Shown here in pieces: positions 29,730 through 42,387 of a stretch of 64,000 nucleotides of DNA (position 1 is the stretch's first letter; every line of letters begins with the position of its first letter). Position numbers and translations under genes: made by a program. Under the pieces are notes generated by a model that saw nothing but the letters and a program-made list of their open reading frames with translations, searched no databases and was not told the DNA's origin. This DNA is from Methylophaga sp. (GTDB lineage Bacteria > Pseudomonadota > Gammaproteobacteria > Nitrosococcales > Methylophagaceae), in NCBI GenBank assembly GCA_024636315.1, contig JAGXHJ010000074.1, positions 4,062 through 68,061 on the forward strand, in the 5' to 3' direction.

Positions 29730-30263
29730 CTAGATTATAGCGTTGGCCAGTCTGTTCAATTTACCCAAGGCAGATCCATCAATAATCAGATCACCTGCAC
29801 GAATAATCGCACCACCCAATAAGCTGTCATCAATTGTTGTAATCAATGTCACATCTCTGCCTGTACGTTTTTTTAACGCAGCAGCGATATTGCTTTCTTG
29901 TTCTGATGTTAACGCCCTTACGGTTGTCACATCGGCAGTCATTGTATGTTCGGCTTCTGCACGTAATTCTTCAAAAATTACTGCGATGTATGCCAACAAT
30001 TGTAGTCGGTTATTCTCAGCTAATAATGCTAGAAAGTTACGAGCATCAACGCTCATCAACTCACCAGAAATATCCGCTAGCAGCGTAACTACCTGCTCAT
30101 CACTTACTGCTGGGCTAGTAATTATGGATTGCATTTTTGGATCTGCTACACATTGCGCTAATAGCGCCAGTAAGTCAGACCAGCCCTTCAACTCGTCTTT
30201 TTCTTTTGCAATTGCAAATACAGCACTTGCATAGGGACGAGCGATGGTAATTGCTTCAGCCAT
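29730..30263 (-). CDS. atpH: F0F1 ATP synthase subunit delta
   Basis: 177 aa. Called from its operon position and the RPYASAVF N-terminus. Confidence 0.93.
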   Translation of the reverse strand: MAEAITIARPYASAVFAIAKEKDELKGWSDLLALLAQCVADPKMQSIITSPAVSDEQVVTLLADISGELMSVDARNFLALLAENNRLQLLAYIAVIFEELRAEAEHTMTADVTTVRALTSEQESNIAAALKKRTGRDVTLITTIDDSLLGGAIIRAGDLIIDGSALGKLNRLANAII

Positions 30264-30274
30264 CCTTTCTTCCT

Positions 30275-30745
30275 CTAGATCCGGCTAACCAATTCTTCTA
30301 ACAAATCGGTATGTGCCTTGTCATCAATTTCACGACTAAGAATTTTGGCAGCGCCAGCGATAGCAATACTACCTACTTGCGAACGCAACTCATCTCTTGC
30401 ACGGTTAGCTTCTTGTTTAATTTCTGCTTGTGCAGAAACTAAAATTCGCTCACCTTCAGTTCGTGCATTATCTTTTGATTCGTCAACGATTTCATTACCA
30501 CGGCGTTGTGCCTGAGTAATAATTTCATTTGCTTGCTCTTTAGCTTCGTGAATAACTTGTTGTGCGCGTTTTTCGGCTAACTCTTGCTCATGCTTTCCGC
30601 GTTCTGCAGCAGCTAAACCATCCGCAATTTTCTTTTTGCGTTCGTCAAGTGCTTCAATAATCGGTGGCCATACATATTTCATGCAGAAGCCAATGAAGAT
30701 TAAAAAAGCAATTGCTTGGCCTATCAAGGTTGCATTGATATTCAT
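30275..30745 (-). CDS. atpF: F0F1 ATP synthase subunit b
   Basis: 156 aa with a single N-terminal TM segment and a long charged helix. Confidence 0.93.
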   Translation of the reverse strand: MNINATLIGQAIAFLIFIGFCMKYVWPPIIEALDERKKKIADGLAAAERGKHEQELAEKRAQQVIHEAKEQANEIITQAQRRGNEIVDESKDNARTEGERILVSAQAEIKQEANRARDELRSQVGSIAIAGAAKILSREIDDKAHTDLLEELVSRI

Positions 30746-30793
30746 GCCAATACCTCTTCTTTATCGCAGTAATCTATAAATATACAAATATTA

Positions 30794-31033
<240 letters not shown>

Positions 31034-31096
31034 CTAACAAATAGCTAATATTAAAAAATAAACTTACAAAAAAACAAACGTAAAACTTGTTCTAAC

Positions 31097-32388
<1,292 letters not shown>

Positions 32389-32564
32389 CGGCGTTCTATA
32401 TCTGCGTTAAGCAAATCGCAACATTATAGCGATCGGGTAGTTGCTAGGTCAATGAAATTATGGGTTCTTTTATTAATGGCACGGTAGACTGTTGGTATAA
32501 CTACTTATATGTGCAGGCTTATAAGCATCTTAAGTCAGTCAAGTAGTTTTACCTGAAATTATAA

Positions 32565-33569
32565 TCACCTTAATTTTGGCAAGTATTTTTGTATATTTAC
32601 CGGATAATGCACAATTATTATTTGGCGGCAACGGTGCCAGAAAGCTGATAACAGTAACAATCCAGAACCGATAATGAAGGCTGTGAAGGCAGAACCAAGA
32701 CTTACAACTCCATATTGCTCAAGCACCGAATTAAACACGTAAAGTACGTAAATTAACGCAGAAACCATTAATGCTCGCCGATCAATGGATATCGAAATTA
32801 TCGCGAGAATAATATATAACACGGTTACGGCAACTGCTTGCCATAGGCCTATCTGAATATCAAATATATTCAACGCCGCAAAAATAGGATGGACAATAAG
32901 TGGGGCCGCAATTAGATGTAACCAAAAAGCCACATCTGAGCGCCGAGTTTGTCGCAATGTATCTGCCGAATCCCACAACATCGCCAGTAAAAAAACACCA
33001 ATACCGGCAATAAAGGTAATCAACATAAGCCATTTCCATGTTTCAGGAATTGATGCAAATAAAAGAAACATAATACCAGCGACCAAAGTACCCGTACCCG
33101 CCGCTACAGTAATAGGTACTTTAAAGCGGAGCCAATGCATCCATGCCGCCAGTGCGGCAATCACACTCGGCCCCCCTATACTGATTTCTTCTGTAAAACC
33201 CGCCGTTTGAAGAAAGATCATACCCGTTAATAATACACCGCCAACAAAGGCCAGTAATAACATAATCGAAGGCAGTGCCATTCTTCGCTTACGCGTAAAG
33301 TATTCAGCAAGTCCCCATGCCGTAAGCGTTTGCATCGCCATACCCAACAATAGACTTACAGACGAACCTATCCACGTTACTGAAGTGAGAAGTAGCAGAC
33401 TGGCAATCACCACAAAAATATCGTTAAAACCAGTGATCAAACGGAAAGATTCTTCATCAATCGCTGGTGCCGAATTATCTTCTGCAACGTGATTTCGTAA
33501 TGCGAGGGCGGTTTGTTCAGTCAATATGCCTGCTTTAACTGCTGATGCAATATCTTCATCACTATACAT
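32565..33569 (-). CDS. hypothetical polytopic membrane protein (about 9-10 TM segments)
   Basis: 334 aa with a soluble N-terminal 45 aa or so, followed by continuous hydrophobic segments. It lies between parB and the atp promoter region. I do not recognise the family. Confidence 0.65.
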   Translation of the reverse strand: MYSDEDIASAVKAGILTEQTALALRNHVAEDNSAPAIDEESFRLITGFNDIFVVIASLLLLTSVTWIGSSVSLLLGMAMQTLTAWGLAEYFTRKRRMALPSIMLLLAFVGGVLLTGMIFLQTAGFTEEISIGGPSVIAALAAWMHWLRFKVPITVAAGTGTLVAGIMFLLFASIPETWKWLMLITFIAGIGVFLLAMLWDSADTLRQTRRSDVAFWLHLIAAPLIVHPIFAALNIFDIQIGLWQAVAVTVLYIILAIISISIDRRALMVSALIYVLYVFNSVLEQYGVVSLGSAFTAFIIGSGLLLLSAFWHRCRQIIIVHYPVNIQKYLPKLR

Positions 33570-33599
33570 GGATCAATAATTCCTCAAAATTTAGCGATT

Positions 33600-34457
33600 T
33601 TATTTTATGCGCTTAATGATTTTCTTTAACTCGGCGACATCAGCATAATCAATGACCAATTTACCTTTGCCGCTTACGGTATGTTTTATCGCGAATTTAT
33701 CACCGAATTTTTCACTGATAAGACTTTCAATATAAATTATTTCTTCTTGTAACTCTGTTGATTGCTCTGCCGTTTCTTTCGTAGGCTTTAATAGTCGTCT
33801 AATTAGTTGTTCTGTCTCACGTACTGAAAGTCCTTTTTCTACGATATGTCTTGCGCTATCCGACTGACTTTCACCTTCGAGAGCTAACAAGGCACGGGCA
33901 TGGCCCATCTCGAGGTCACAATTCTCTACCAATCGTTTTACATCATCATTCAGGTTTCGTAATCGTAATAAGTTTGATACCGCTGCTCGAGAACGCCCTA
34001 CCGCTTCGGCCGCTTCTTGGTGAGTCATAGTAAACTCTTCCCGTAGTCGGTGCAGAGCATTAGCTTCTTCCATCGGGTTTAAGTTTTCCCGTTGAATATT
34101 TTCGATTAATGCCATCGCAATAGCACTACGATCTGACACATCACGCACCAAGGCGGGGATAAGATCTAAGTCGGCAAGTTTAGAGGCTCGCCAGCGCCGT
34201 TCACCTGCAATAATTTCATAGCGACCACCAGTAATAGGTCGTACCACGATCGGTTGCACTAAGCCTTGTGCTCGAATTGAATCTGCAAGTTCATTTAACG
34301 ATTCTTCTGACATATCAACACGTGGTTGATATTTACCCGGCTGAATCATATCAAGAGGAAAGTATTGCAGGCTATCATCCAAACTTTCATCGTCATGTTG
34401 CACATCAGACAGTAAGGCATCTAATCCGCGGCCTAATCCTCGTTTTTTAATTGCCAT
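33600..34457 (-). CDS. parB: chromosome partitioning protein ParB
   Basis: 285 aa with RGLGRGLDALL, the GERRWRA box, and an HTH. Confidence 0.95.
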   Translation of the reverse strand: MAIKKRGLGRGLDALLSDVQHDDESLDDSLQYFPLDMIQPGKYQPRVDMSEESLNELADSIRAQGLVQPIVVRPITGGRYEIIAGERRWRASKLADLDLIPALVRDVSDRSAIAMALIENIQRENLNPMEEANALHRLREEFTMTHQEAAEAVGRSRAAVSNLLRLRNLNDDVKRLVENCDLEMGHARALLALEGESQSDSARHIVEKGLSVRETEQLIRRLLKPTKETAEQSTELQEEIIYIESLISEKFGDKFAIKHTVSGKGKLVIDYADVAELKKIIKRIK

Positions 34458-35249
34458 CTATTTATCCACTTTTTCAGGGGTTTTAGTGCTTTCACGCCGC
34501 ATAAACTCGCTCGCCATGGCCATATAAGCAATCGATCCTCGTGAGCTTCGATCATAACTGATAACAGGAATCCCATGACTCGGAGCTTCAGCTAAGCGGA
34601 CGTTTCTTGGAATTATGGAATGAAATACTTTTTTATTAAAGTGTGTAATCAACTGCCGTGAAACCTGACCAGCTAAGTTATTTCGAGCATCAAACATAGT
34701 GCGGACTAAGCCTGTGACTTCTAGTGCTGGATTGGCACGTTGCTTTACCCGTTCGATAGTTTTTAATAAGGAGGACAAGCCCTCCAAGGCATAATATTCA
34801 CACTGGATAGGGATTATCACACCTTTTGATGCCACCAAAGCATTCACCGTCAGCATGCTCAGTGAAGGTGGACAATCGATCAAAATGAAGTCATATTTTT
34901 CACGGGTAGATTCCAAGGCTAAGCGTAAACGATGTTCACGTAACTTCACATCTAACAATTGCACTTCGGCAGCGGTAAGATCGGAATTTGTCGGCAACAC
35001 GTCAAAACTTAAATCATCAGGTCGTACTATTGCATCGGACGCTTTCGCCGTTGTCATAATGACATCGTAACTGCTTTTATCTATCGCATCTTTATCCACA
35101 CCACAGCCTGTAGAGGCATTACCTTGTGGATCTAGATCGATTAATAGTACTTTTTTACCCGCATCGGCTAAGGCAGCGGCTAAATTAACTGTAGTGGTGG
35201 TTTTCCCTACCCCACCTTTTTGATTGGTAACCGCGTAAATATTTCCCAT
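34458..35249 (-). CDS. parA: chromosome partitioning ATPase ParA (Soj)
   Basis: 263 aa with the deviant Walker A NQKGGVGKTTT. It directly abuts parB. Confidence 0.95.
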   Translation of the reverse strand: MGNIYAVTNQKGGVGKTTTTVNLAAALADAGKKVLLIDLDPQGNASTGCGVDKDAIDKSSYDVIMTTAKASDAIVRPDDLSFDVLPTNSDLTAAEVQLLDVKLREHRLRLALESTREKYDFILIDCPPSLSMLTVNALVASKGVIIPIQCEYYALEGLSSLLKTIERVKQRANPALEVTGLVRTMFDARNNLAGQVSRQLITHFNKKVFHSIIPRNVRLAEAPSHGIPVISYDRSSRGSIAYMAMASEFMRRESTKTPEKVDK

Positions 35250-35260
35250 TCACTCTGCCT

Positions 35261-35887
35261 TTAATTCTTAATCAAACGTACCAAGTGTCTTTTACCAGGG
35301 CAATTCGGCACATCCAGTGACACGACATCTTTCAAGCTGAAACCATCAATGTTCGCAGCTAATTCTTCCTCAGGATAAAGGCCTTTCATAAGTACGAGAC
35401 TCCCAGCATCATCGCAGTGTCTGCCTGCTAAATCAATAATGACATCAATCGTCGAGAAAGCACGTGCAGTTACAGTAGCAAACTTAGCTAATTCAGCTTG
35501 CTCAACGCGGGCATGTACTACCGTTATATTTGTTAAGCCAAGCTCAGATTTTGCTTGCTGTAAAAAACGGGTTTTTTTTGAATTACTATCTAACAAAGTC
35601 ACCGCCATATTTGGATTGGCGATAGCAACGGGGATCCCAGGCAAACCAGCGCCGGTGCCAACATCCAACAATGATGTGCCTGACAAATAAGGCAAGACTG
35701 CCAGACTATCTAAAATATGACGACTTATCATTTCTTGAGGATCGCGCACTGAGGTTAGGTTATATACCTTGTTCCACTTATCGAGCAGTTGAACATAAGT
35801 CAGTAATTGATTGATTTGTAGCTCGGTCAGCTTCAGTTCTAAAGTGTCACAGCCTTGAAGTAGTTGTCGCTTTAGTTGCTCACCCAT
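35261..35887 (-). CDS. rsmG: 16S rRNA (guanine527-N7)-methyltransferase
   Basis: 208 aa with the SAM motif [12 protein letters not shown]. It overlaps the mnmG end by 8 nt. Confidence 0.94.
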   Translation of the reverse strand: MGEQLKRQLLQGCDTLELKLTELQINQLLTYVQLLDKWNKVYNLTSVRDPQEMISRHILDSLAVLPYLSGTSLLDVGTGAGLPGIPVAIANPNMAVTLLDSNSKKTRFLQQAKSELGLTNITVVHARVEQAELAKFATVTARAFSTIDVIIDLAGRHCDDAGSLVLMKGLYPEEELAANIDGFSLKDVVSLDVPNCPGKRHLVRLIKN

Positions 35888-37769
35888 TTATTACCTTTCC
35901 TTGTTCGCCGCGCTTCAAGTGCACTAATAATAATGAGACGGCCGCAGGTGTTACGCCTGAAATACGGGCCGCTTGCCCTAAGCTATTGGGTCGTGCATTA
36001 GCAAGTTTTTCACGTACTTCGTTTGATAAACCACGCACTATTGCATAATCGATATCATCGGGTAACGCCGTCATTTCATTACGTTTCAATCGATCAATTT
36101 CCGTTTGCTGGCGCGTAATGTAACCTGCATATTTAGTATGAATCACCACTTGCTCAGAAACGTCTTCATCCAACACCGTTTCTTCACCCATCAATAATAA
36201 TAGGGCTGCATAATCTACTTTAGGGCGACGTAGTAATTCCAATGCCGTGTTCACTTTATTTAATGGCTCGCCTAAGATCTGTTCCGCTACGATCTGATCA
36301 ACATTTTCTGGCGTAAATTTATATGTTGTTAATCGTTGCGTTTCTTTGGCAACCGCTTCTTGTTTAGCAGAAAATATAGCCCAACGTTCATCATTGACCA
36401 GACCCAACTCACGCCCTTTAGGTGTCAATCTAATATCGGCATTATCTTCACGTAATAATAAACGATACTCTGCGCGGCTGGTAAACATACGATAAGGTTC
36501 GCGTGTACCCAAAGTGATCAAGTCGTCAATCATAACGCCGATATACGCTTCGTCACGACGCGGGAACCAAGCTTCTAAACCTCGTGCTTGCAAGCCGGCA
36601 TTGATACCAGCAATCAGACCTTGAGCGGCAGCTTCTTCATAGCCTGTGGTGCCGTTAATTTGTCCAGCAAAAAATAAGCCTGCCATATGCTTAGTTTCTA
36701 GCCACGGTTGCAAATCACGTGGGTCAAAATAGTCATATTCGATCGCATAACCCGGCCGAGTAATATGTGCATTTTCCAAGCCTTTCATTGACCGTACAAT
36801 TTCATATTGCACATCAAACGGTAAGCTAGTTGAAATACCGTTGGGATAGACTTCACCGCACTTCAAACCTTCAGGTTCAAGGAAGATCTGATGAGAGGTG
36901 CGATCAGCAAAGCGTACTACCTTGTCTTCAATCGACGGACAATAACGTGGACCAATGCCTTCAATCTCACCACTGTACATCGGCGAACGATCCAAATTAT
37001 TGCGGATAACGTCATGAGTCGCTTCATTGGTATGCGTGATATGACAAGATATTTGTTCTGGATGATCAGAACGTTTGCCCAAAAATGAAAAGACTGGTGT
37101 CGGTGTATCGCCTGGTTGTTCTGCTAATTCAGAAAAATCAATACTATTAGTCGCAATGCGCGGTGGTGTACCTGTTTTTAAACGATCCACTCTAAACGGC
37201 AACGCGCGGAGTCTTTGTGAAAGGGTCGTCGAAGCTGGGTCACCAGCACGTCCACCTTGATGATTTTGCATGCCAATATGAATTAAACCACCCAAGAACG
37301 TACCCACTGTCAGCACGACTGATTGAGCGGAAAAACGTAAACCTGCTTGGGTAACCACGCCGACAACGCGATCATTCTCAACCACAAGATCATCAACGGT
37401 TTGTTGAAATAAATAGAGGTTAGGCTGGTTTTCCAAATAAGATCGAACAGCCGCTTTATAACGAACCCTGTCGGCTTGAGCTCGGGTTGCCCTTACCGCT
37501 GGGCCCTTGCTCGCATTCAAAATACGAAACTGAATACCACCCTGATCGGCGGCTTGCGCCATGATGCCGCCAAGTGCATCGATCTCTTTAACTAGATGGC
37601 CTTTACCGATGCCACCGATAGCGGGATTACAGCTCATCTGGCCTAATGTTTCTATGTTCTGCGTCAGCAATAGCGTTTTCACGCCCTGACGCGCAGAAGC
37701 CAATGCGGCCTCAGTACCAGCGTGACCGCCGCCGACAACAATCACATCGTAATGATCTTGATAACTCAT
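35880..37769 (-). CDS. mnmG: tRNA uridine-5-carboxymethylaminomethyl modification enzyme MnmG (GidA)
   Basis: 629 aa with the FAD motif [15 protein letters not shown]. Confidence 0.97.
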   Translation of the reverse strand: MSYQDHYDVIVVGGGHAGTEAALASARQGVKTLLLTQNIETLGQMSCNPAIGGIGKGHLVKEIDALGGIMAQAADQGGIQFRILNASKGPAVRATRAQADRVRYKAAVRSYLENQPNLYLFQQTVDDLVVENDRVVGVVTQAGLRFSAQSVVLTVGTFLGGLIHIGMQNHQGGRAGDPASTTLSQRLRALPFRVDRLKTGTPPRIATNSIDFSELAEQPGDTPTPVFSFLGKRSDHPEQISCHITHTNEATHDVIRNNLDRSPMYSGEIEGIGPRYCPSIEDKVVRFADRTSHQIFLEPEGLKCGEVYPNGISTSLPFDVQYEIVRSMKGLENAHITRPGYAIEYDYFDPRDLQPWLETKHMAGLFFAGQINGTTGYEEAAAQGLIAGINAGLQARGLEAWFPRRDEAYIGVMIDDLITLGTREPYRMFTSRAEYRLLLREDNADIRLTPKGRELGLVNDERWAIFSAKQEAVAKETQRLTTYKFTPENVDQIVAEQILGEPLNKVNTALELLRRPKVDYAALLLLMGEETVLDEDVSEQVVIHTKYAGYITRQQTEIDRLKRNEMTALPDDIDYAIVRGLSNEVREKLANARPNSLGQAARISGVTPAAVSLLLVHLKRGEQGKVING

Positions 37770-37949
37770 AAAACACCAAACACGTTTAAAATTAATGATC
37801 GGTTATTTTAACATGCGAGCAATAATTTTGAGTCAAAATGATTGTTAACTCTATTTTCACTGCTGCTATAACTGCCTGACATTACAAGATTTTACGCTAG
37901 ATTAATCCATGTTATAGTCGCTAGCAATCTCACTTCTGGAAAATTTATT

Positions 37950-38303
37950 ATGGAAAAAAACACCGGTATTAAACGGATTTTATACGCCACACTTTATTCT
38001 TGGCAGGGTTTTAAATCTGCAATCACTAACGAATCAGCCTTCCAACAAGAATTCCTTGCGGTCATTCTGCTTGGAGGATTGAGCTTTTTTCTTGAAGTAA
38101 CCGCTTATGAACAGCTCGCAATGATCATTAGTTTGGTTGTCATTCTCATTGTTGAAATCTTAAACTCCGCGATCGAATGTGTAGTCGATCGCGTAGGTCC
38201 AGAACATCATGCGCTGTCTGGGCGAGCAAAAGATTATGGTTCTTTAGCTGTTTTACTTTGTATCGTGATCGCTGTAGCCATTTGGGCTACCATCCTAATC
38301 TAA
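37950..38303 (+). CDS. dgkA: diacylglycerol kinase
   Basis: 117 aa with 3 TM segments and the conserved ...AFQQE... and EILNSAIE motifs. Confidence 0.88.
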   Translation: MEKNTGIKRILYATLYSWQGFKSAITNESAFQQEFLAVILLGGLSFFLEVTAYEQLAMIISLVVILIVEILNSAIECVVDRVGPEHHALSGRAKDYGSLAVLLCIVIAVAIWATILI

Positions 38304-38307
38304 ATAT

Positions 38308-39075
38308 TTATTTGCGATAGGCACGAATTAATATAAAACCACCCAGTAGAATCATTGGCAGTGACAGAATTTGCCCCATCGTAAGCCAATCAAAAGCGAA
38401 ATAGCCATATTGTTGATCGGGAATGCGAACAAGTTCAACCAGTGATCGAAATACGCCGTAGCCGAGTAAGAATAAACCCGACACCGCAGACACTGGTTTG
38501 GGTTTGGCAGAATAGAGCCATAGGATAATGAATAAAACCACGCCTTCTAATCCCGCCTCATAGAGTTGTGAAGGATGTCGCGGTAGCGGTCCGCCATGCG
38601 GAAAGACCATCGCCCAAGGCACATCACTGACTTTGCCCCATAGTTCGCCATTGATAAAGTTACCAATTCGACCAAAAAACAAACCGATTGGCACCATCGG
38701 GGCAATAAAATCACTAATAGCAAAAAAAGACTTGCCGGTTTTTCTGGCAAAGAACCAAAATGCGCCTAATACGCCTAATAGACCGCCATGAAATGACATG
38801 CCACCTTGCCAAATTTTTAACACATTCAGTGGGTGAGCCAACGTGTTTGGTAAGTCATAAAAAATAACTGAACCTAAACGACCGCCGATAATGACACCAA
38901 TTGCACCATAAAATAATAAGTCTTCAACCTGCTCGGCAGTCCAGCCATAGCGCTCAGCACGATAACGTCCTAACCACCAGGCGGCGACAAAACCGCATAA
39001 ATACATTAAGCCGTACCAATGAACCTGTAACGGCCCTAAAGACAAAGCGACTGGATCAATTGTTGGGTACACCAT
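38308..39075 (-). CDS. lgt: prolipoprotein diacylglyceryl transferase
   Basis: 255 aa with [22 protein letters not shown] and the [14 protein letters not shown] signature. Confidence 0.95.
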   Translation of the reverse strand: MVYPTIDPVALSLGPLQVHWYGLMYLCGFVAAWWLGRYRAERYGWTAEQVEDLLFYGAIGVIIGGRLGSVIFYDLPNTLAHPLNVLKIWQGGMSFHGGLLGVLGAFWFFARKTGKSFFAISDFIAPMVPIGLFFGRIGNFINGELWGKVSDVPWAMVFPHGGPLPRHPSQLYEAGLEGVVLFIILWLYSAKPKPVSAVSGLFLLGYGVFRSLVELVRIPDQQYGYFAFDWLTMGQILSLPMILLGGFILIRAYRK

Positions 39076-39268
39076 CGTTATTACACCTACTATAAATTAG
39101 GGCGCTATCATAACAAGCTAAGCTGGAAATCAATACATCCTCATGACCCTCCTTCTCGCACCAAAAGAGAGCGAGTGGTTAGCTAAATCGCACTAAAATA
39201 AACCAACAATCGACACCCAAACAAAAGCAAACCCCTTAACCTATTGAATTATTTAATAATTATTGTTT

Positions 39269-39284
39269 TGGCACACATACTGCT
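39269..39284 (+). promoter_or_regulatory. sigma-54 (-24/-12) type promoter upstream of the porin-glnK-amtB genes
   Basis: TGGCACacataCTGCT compared with the consensus TGGCACG-N4-TTGCW. The GG and GC dinucleotides are at the correct 10-nt spacing. It lies 94 nt upstream of the ATG at 39378. Confidence 0.6.
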
Positions 39285-39377
39285 AAACATGTTGCAGTCT
39301 GAATACAGAATGTTGTAACGAAACAACACAAGTAATTCAAACGGGTTTCTTTATTTTACAGTTACGAGGAATGGACA

Positions 39378-40082
39378 ATGAATCTGAAAAAAATCTCAAC
39401 TTTATGTTTTGCAGCAAGTACTTTAGTTGCAGCTTCATCAGCAATGGCATGGGAAAGTGCTGATGGCGCTTTTTCTACAAGTGCAAGTGTAGCTCTATCT
39501 TCAGAATATGTATGGCGTGGTATTACCCAAACTGACAGTGAACCAGCAATTTCTGGTAGCTTCGATGTAGCTCACTCAAGTGGTCTATATGCTGGTGTTT
39601 GGGCATCAAACGTAGATTTTGGTCCTAGTTCAGAAACATCGCTTGAAATCGATTACTACGCCGGCTTTGGTGGTGAGTTTGGTGAATCAGGCGTTTCTTA
39701 TGACATTGGTGGTTTGTACTACAACTACCCAGATGAAAGTGAGTTAGACTTTTTCGAATTTTACGGTTCGGTTGGCTACAGCTTCCTAACAGCGGGCGTT
39801 TCATATTCTCAAGATCTTTTTGGAACAGAAGCTCAAGACGACCTCTACTACTCACTTGATGCAGCTTATGATGTAGGCGCGATTAGTCTAGCCGCTGGTA
39901 TTGGTTATTATGATTTTGATTCAGGAGATGATTACACTAACTACCATATTGGCGCATCAACTGAGCTTGCGGGTTTTGGTTTGGATCTAACCTACACAGA
40001 TACTAACAGCAACGCAGAAGAAATTTATGGTGCCAATGCAGCTGATAGTGCAGTAATTTTCACAATCTCTAAATCAATGTAA
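39378..40082 (+). CDS. TorF-family (Gcw_chp, TIGR02001-type) putative outer-membrane porin
   Basis: 234 aa with the signal peptide ...ASSAMA. It has the hallmark SSEYVWRGITQTD...GLYAGVWASNVDF and alternating beta-strand patterns. The family is commonly found next to glnK-amtB. Confidence 0.8.
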   Translation: MNLKKISTLCFAASTLVAASSAMAWESADGAFSTSASVALSSEYVWRGITQTDSEPAISGSFDVAHSSGLYAGVWASNVDFGPSSETSLEIDYYAGFGGEFGESGVSYDIGGLYYNYPDESELDFFEFYGSVGYSFLTAGVSYSQDLFGTEAQDDLYYSLDAAYDVGAISLAAGIGYYDFDSGDDYTNYHIGASTELAGFGLDLTYTDTNSNAEEIYGANAADSAVIFTISKSM

Positions 40083-40478
<396 letters not shown>

Positions 40479-40493
40479 TTTGAGGAGCATCAA

Positions 40494-41774
40494 ATGGAAA
40501 ATGTAACAAATCAGATTTTCGAACTCCAATATGCCATGGACACCTTTTACTTTTTGGTAATGGGCGCATTGGTTATGTGGATGGCCGCCGGCTTCTCAAT
40601 GTTAGAAGCAGGTCTTGTTCGTGCAAAAAATACCACTGAAATCTTAACAAAAAATGTTTTATTATTTGCAATTGCATGTACGGCTTATATGGTGGTCGGT
40701 TATGACATCATGTACGGCGGTGGCATCTTCTTAGCAGGCATTGCTGGTGGTGACACTTTAACTGCCGATGCTTTAGCAGCATCAGCTGAAGCAGGTTTTG
40801 ATGGCGGATCAGTTTACTCAACAGCAGCAGATTTCTTCTTCCAAGTAGTATTCGTGGCGACAGCAATGTCGATTGTTTCAGGCGCGGTTGCTGAACGGAT
40901 GAAGTTGTGGTCATTTGCTGCTTTTGCAGTCGTAATGACAGCATTCATCTACCCAATGGAAGGTCTTTGGACTTGGGGCGGCGGCGAAGTCTTTGGAATG
41001 TATAGCTTAGGCGACATTGGCTTCCTCGATTTCGCTGGTTCAGGCATTGTTCATATGGCCGGTGCCTCAGCAGCATTAGCTGGTGTAATCTTACTTGGTG
41101 CACGTATTGGTAAATATGGTCCGAATGGCGAAATTCGTCCAATTCAAGGTGCTAACTTACCAATGGCAACACTAGGTACGTTCATCTTATGGATGGGTTG
41201 GTTCGGCTTTAATGGCGGTTCCGTATTAAAATTGGGCGACATGGCTAGTGCTAACAGCGTAGCGATGGTATTTCTAAATACCAATGCTGCCGCTGCAGGT
41301 GGTGTAATTGCTGCACTTATCGTTGCTAAGTTAATGTTTGGTAAAGCTGATTTAACCATGATTTTGAATGGTGCATTAGCAGGTCTAGTAGCTATTACGG
41401 CTGGTCCAGATACACCAACACCATTAATGGCGACTATGATTGGTGCTGTCGGTGGTGCGTTGGTAGTGTTATCAATCGTAACCTTAGACAAAATGAAACT
41501 TGATGATCCAGTAGGTGCTATCTCGGTTCACGGTGTAGTTGGTTTATGGGGTCTATTAGCAGTACCTTTAACTAACCCTGATGCAACCTTTATGGCGCAA
41601 TTGATTGGTGCCGCAACTATCTTTACTTGGGTGTTTGTGACAAGTTTTGTAGCTTGGTTAGTAATCAAAATGGTGATGGGTATCCGCGTCACTGAAGAAG
41701 AAGAATACGAAGGTGTTGATTTAAGTGAATGTGGTATGGAAGCATATCCAGAGTTCACTAGTAATACTAAGTAA
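40494..41774 (+). CDS. amtB: ammonium transporter
   Basis: 426 aa, polytopic, with the Amt signature regions DFAGSGIVHM and ISVHGVVGLWG. Confidence 0.95.
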   Translation: MENVTNQIFELQYAMDTFYFLVMGALVMWMAAGFSMLEAGLVRAKNTTEILTKNVLLFAIACTAYMVVGYDIMYGGGIFLAGIAGGDTLTADALAASAEAGFDGGSVYSTAADFFFQVVFVATAMSIVSGAVAERMKLWSFAAFAVVMTAFIYPMEGLWTWGGGEVFGMYSLGDIGFLDFAGSGIVHMAGASAALAGVILLGARIGKYGPNGEIRPIQGANLPMATLGTFILWMGWFGFNGGSVLKLGDMASANSVAMVFLNTNAAAAGGVIAALIVAKLMFGKADLTMILNGALAGLVAITAGPDTPTPLMATMIGAVGGALVVLSIVTLDKMKLDDPVGAISVHGVVGLWGLLAVPLTNPDATFMAQLIGAATIFTWVFVTSFVAWLVIKMVMGIRVTEEEEYEGVDLSECGMEAYPEFTSNTK

Positions 41775-41808
41775 ACCTTTTCTTAGTTCGTTTAAACTAA
41801 GGGCGACT

Positions 41809-41842
41809 CAAATTTCGGGTCGCCCTTTTTTATTGTCAGCTT
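41809..41842 (+). terminator. rho-independent terminator after amtB
   Basis: GGGCGACtcaaatttcgGGTCGCCC followed by ttttttatt. Confidence 0.75.
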
Positions 41843-41901
41843 GCAATATATTTGTCGACATATTACTTTATGCTTCTCACTACTAGAAAGGCTGTTCATT
41901 T

Positions 41902-42360
41902 ATGAATAACTCATCATCAGCGACAACAGATTTTTTATCTATCGTGGTCAGACTACTCGGCTTAGTGATGCTACTTATTGGCTTGTTTGTTGGTATCAAG
42001 GTGATTTTTGAGGCCTGGGATCTCTATAAAGAACCCCAAAATATTGAACGCTTTGCTGACGCCATTGAGCAGGGCTCGCATCTCGATGTAATGCTTGCCA
42101 AGTTTACACTTCACCCCAAAACAAACGATAGCGAATCTGTTACGCAACAACCCTTACAAGCAGCGGCAACAAGCGCTGAGTCATTACGCCTAACCTACTT
42201 TTTGGCTTGGATAATCGCCGTACTGTTACTCATGGTAGTTGGAGGTCTGGCATCCAGCGCAATTAGAACGGGCGGACAGCTCGCTTTGTATGATTTACAA
42301 GTTAAACGTTTTGCGCGGCAGTTAATTGAAGAAGCACGTAAAACTGACCGACGCGATTAG
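41902..42360 (+). CDS. hypothetical membrane protein (2 TM segments)
   Basis: 152 aa with two hydrophobic segments (about residues 14-35 and 100-120). A ggct/aagg-type RBS region lies upstream. No family recognised. Confidence 0.55.
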   Translation: MNNSSSATTDFLSIVVRLLGLVMLLIGLFVGIKVIFEAWDLYKEPQNIERFADAIEQGSHLDVMLAKFTLHPKTNDSESVTQQPLQAAATSAESLRLTYFLAWIIAVLLLMVVGGLASSAIRTGGQLALYDLQVKRFARQLIEEARKTDRRD

Positions 42361-42387
42361 CTTAAGGTCACTGCTCTAAGTCTATGC

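Noticed and set aside
29743-30234. A long antisense ORF (163 aa) fully inside atpH. Similar shadow ORFs lie opposite dnaA (2194..2466), hemX/hemY, amtB (40708..41758), gltD (44663..45041), atpD/atpG/atpA, glmU (24250..24603) and parA.
   Set aside because: They lie antisense to strongly supported conserved genes. Their composition is low-complexity, rich in Ser, Ala and Leu, as is typical of shadow frames. They have no RBS or independent support.
37770-37949. The mnmG upstream gap as an E. coli-type oriC. It contains gatcggttatttt at 37797-37809, a 12/13 match to the 13-mer GATCTnTTnTTTT.
   Set aside because: The gap is only 180 bp. It has one GATC and one 13-mer-like string, and I found no DnaA boxes of acceptable quality. 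That is insufficient for an origin call. I leave it as something a GC-skew or Ori-Finder run should test.
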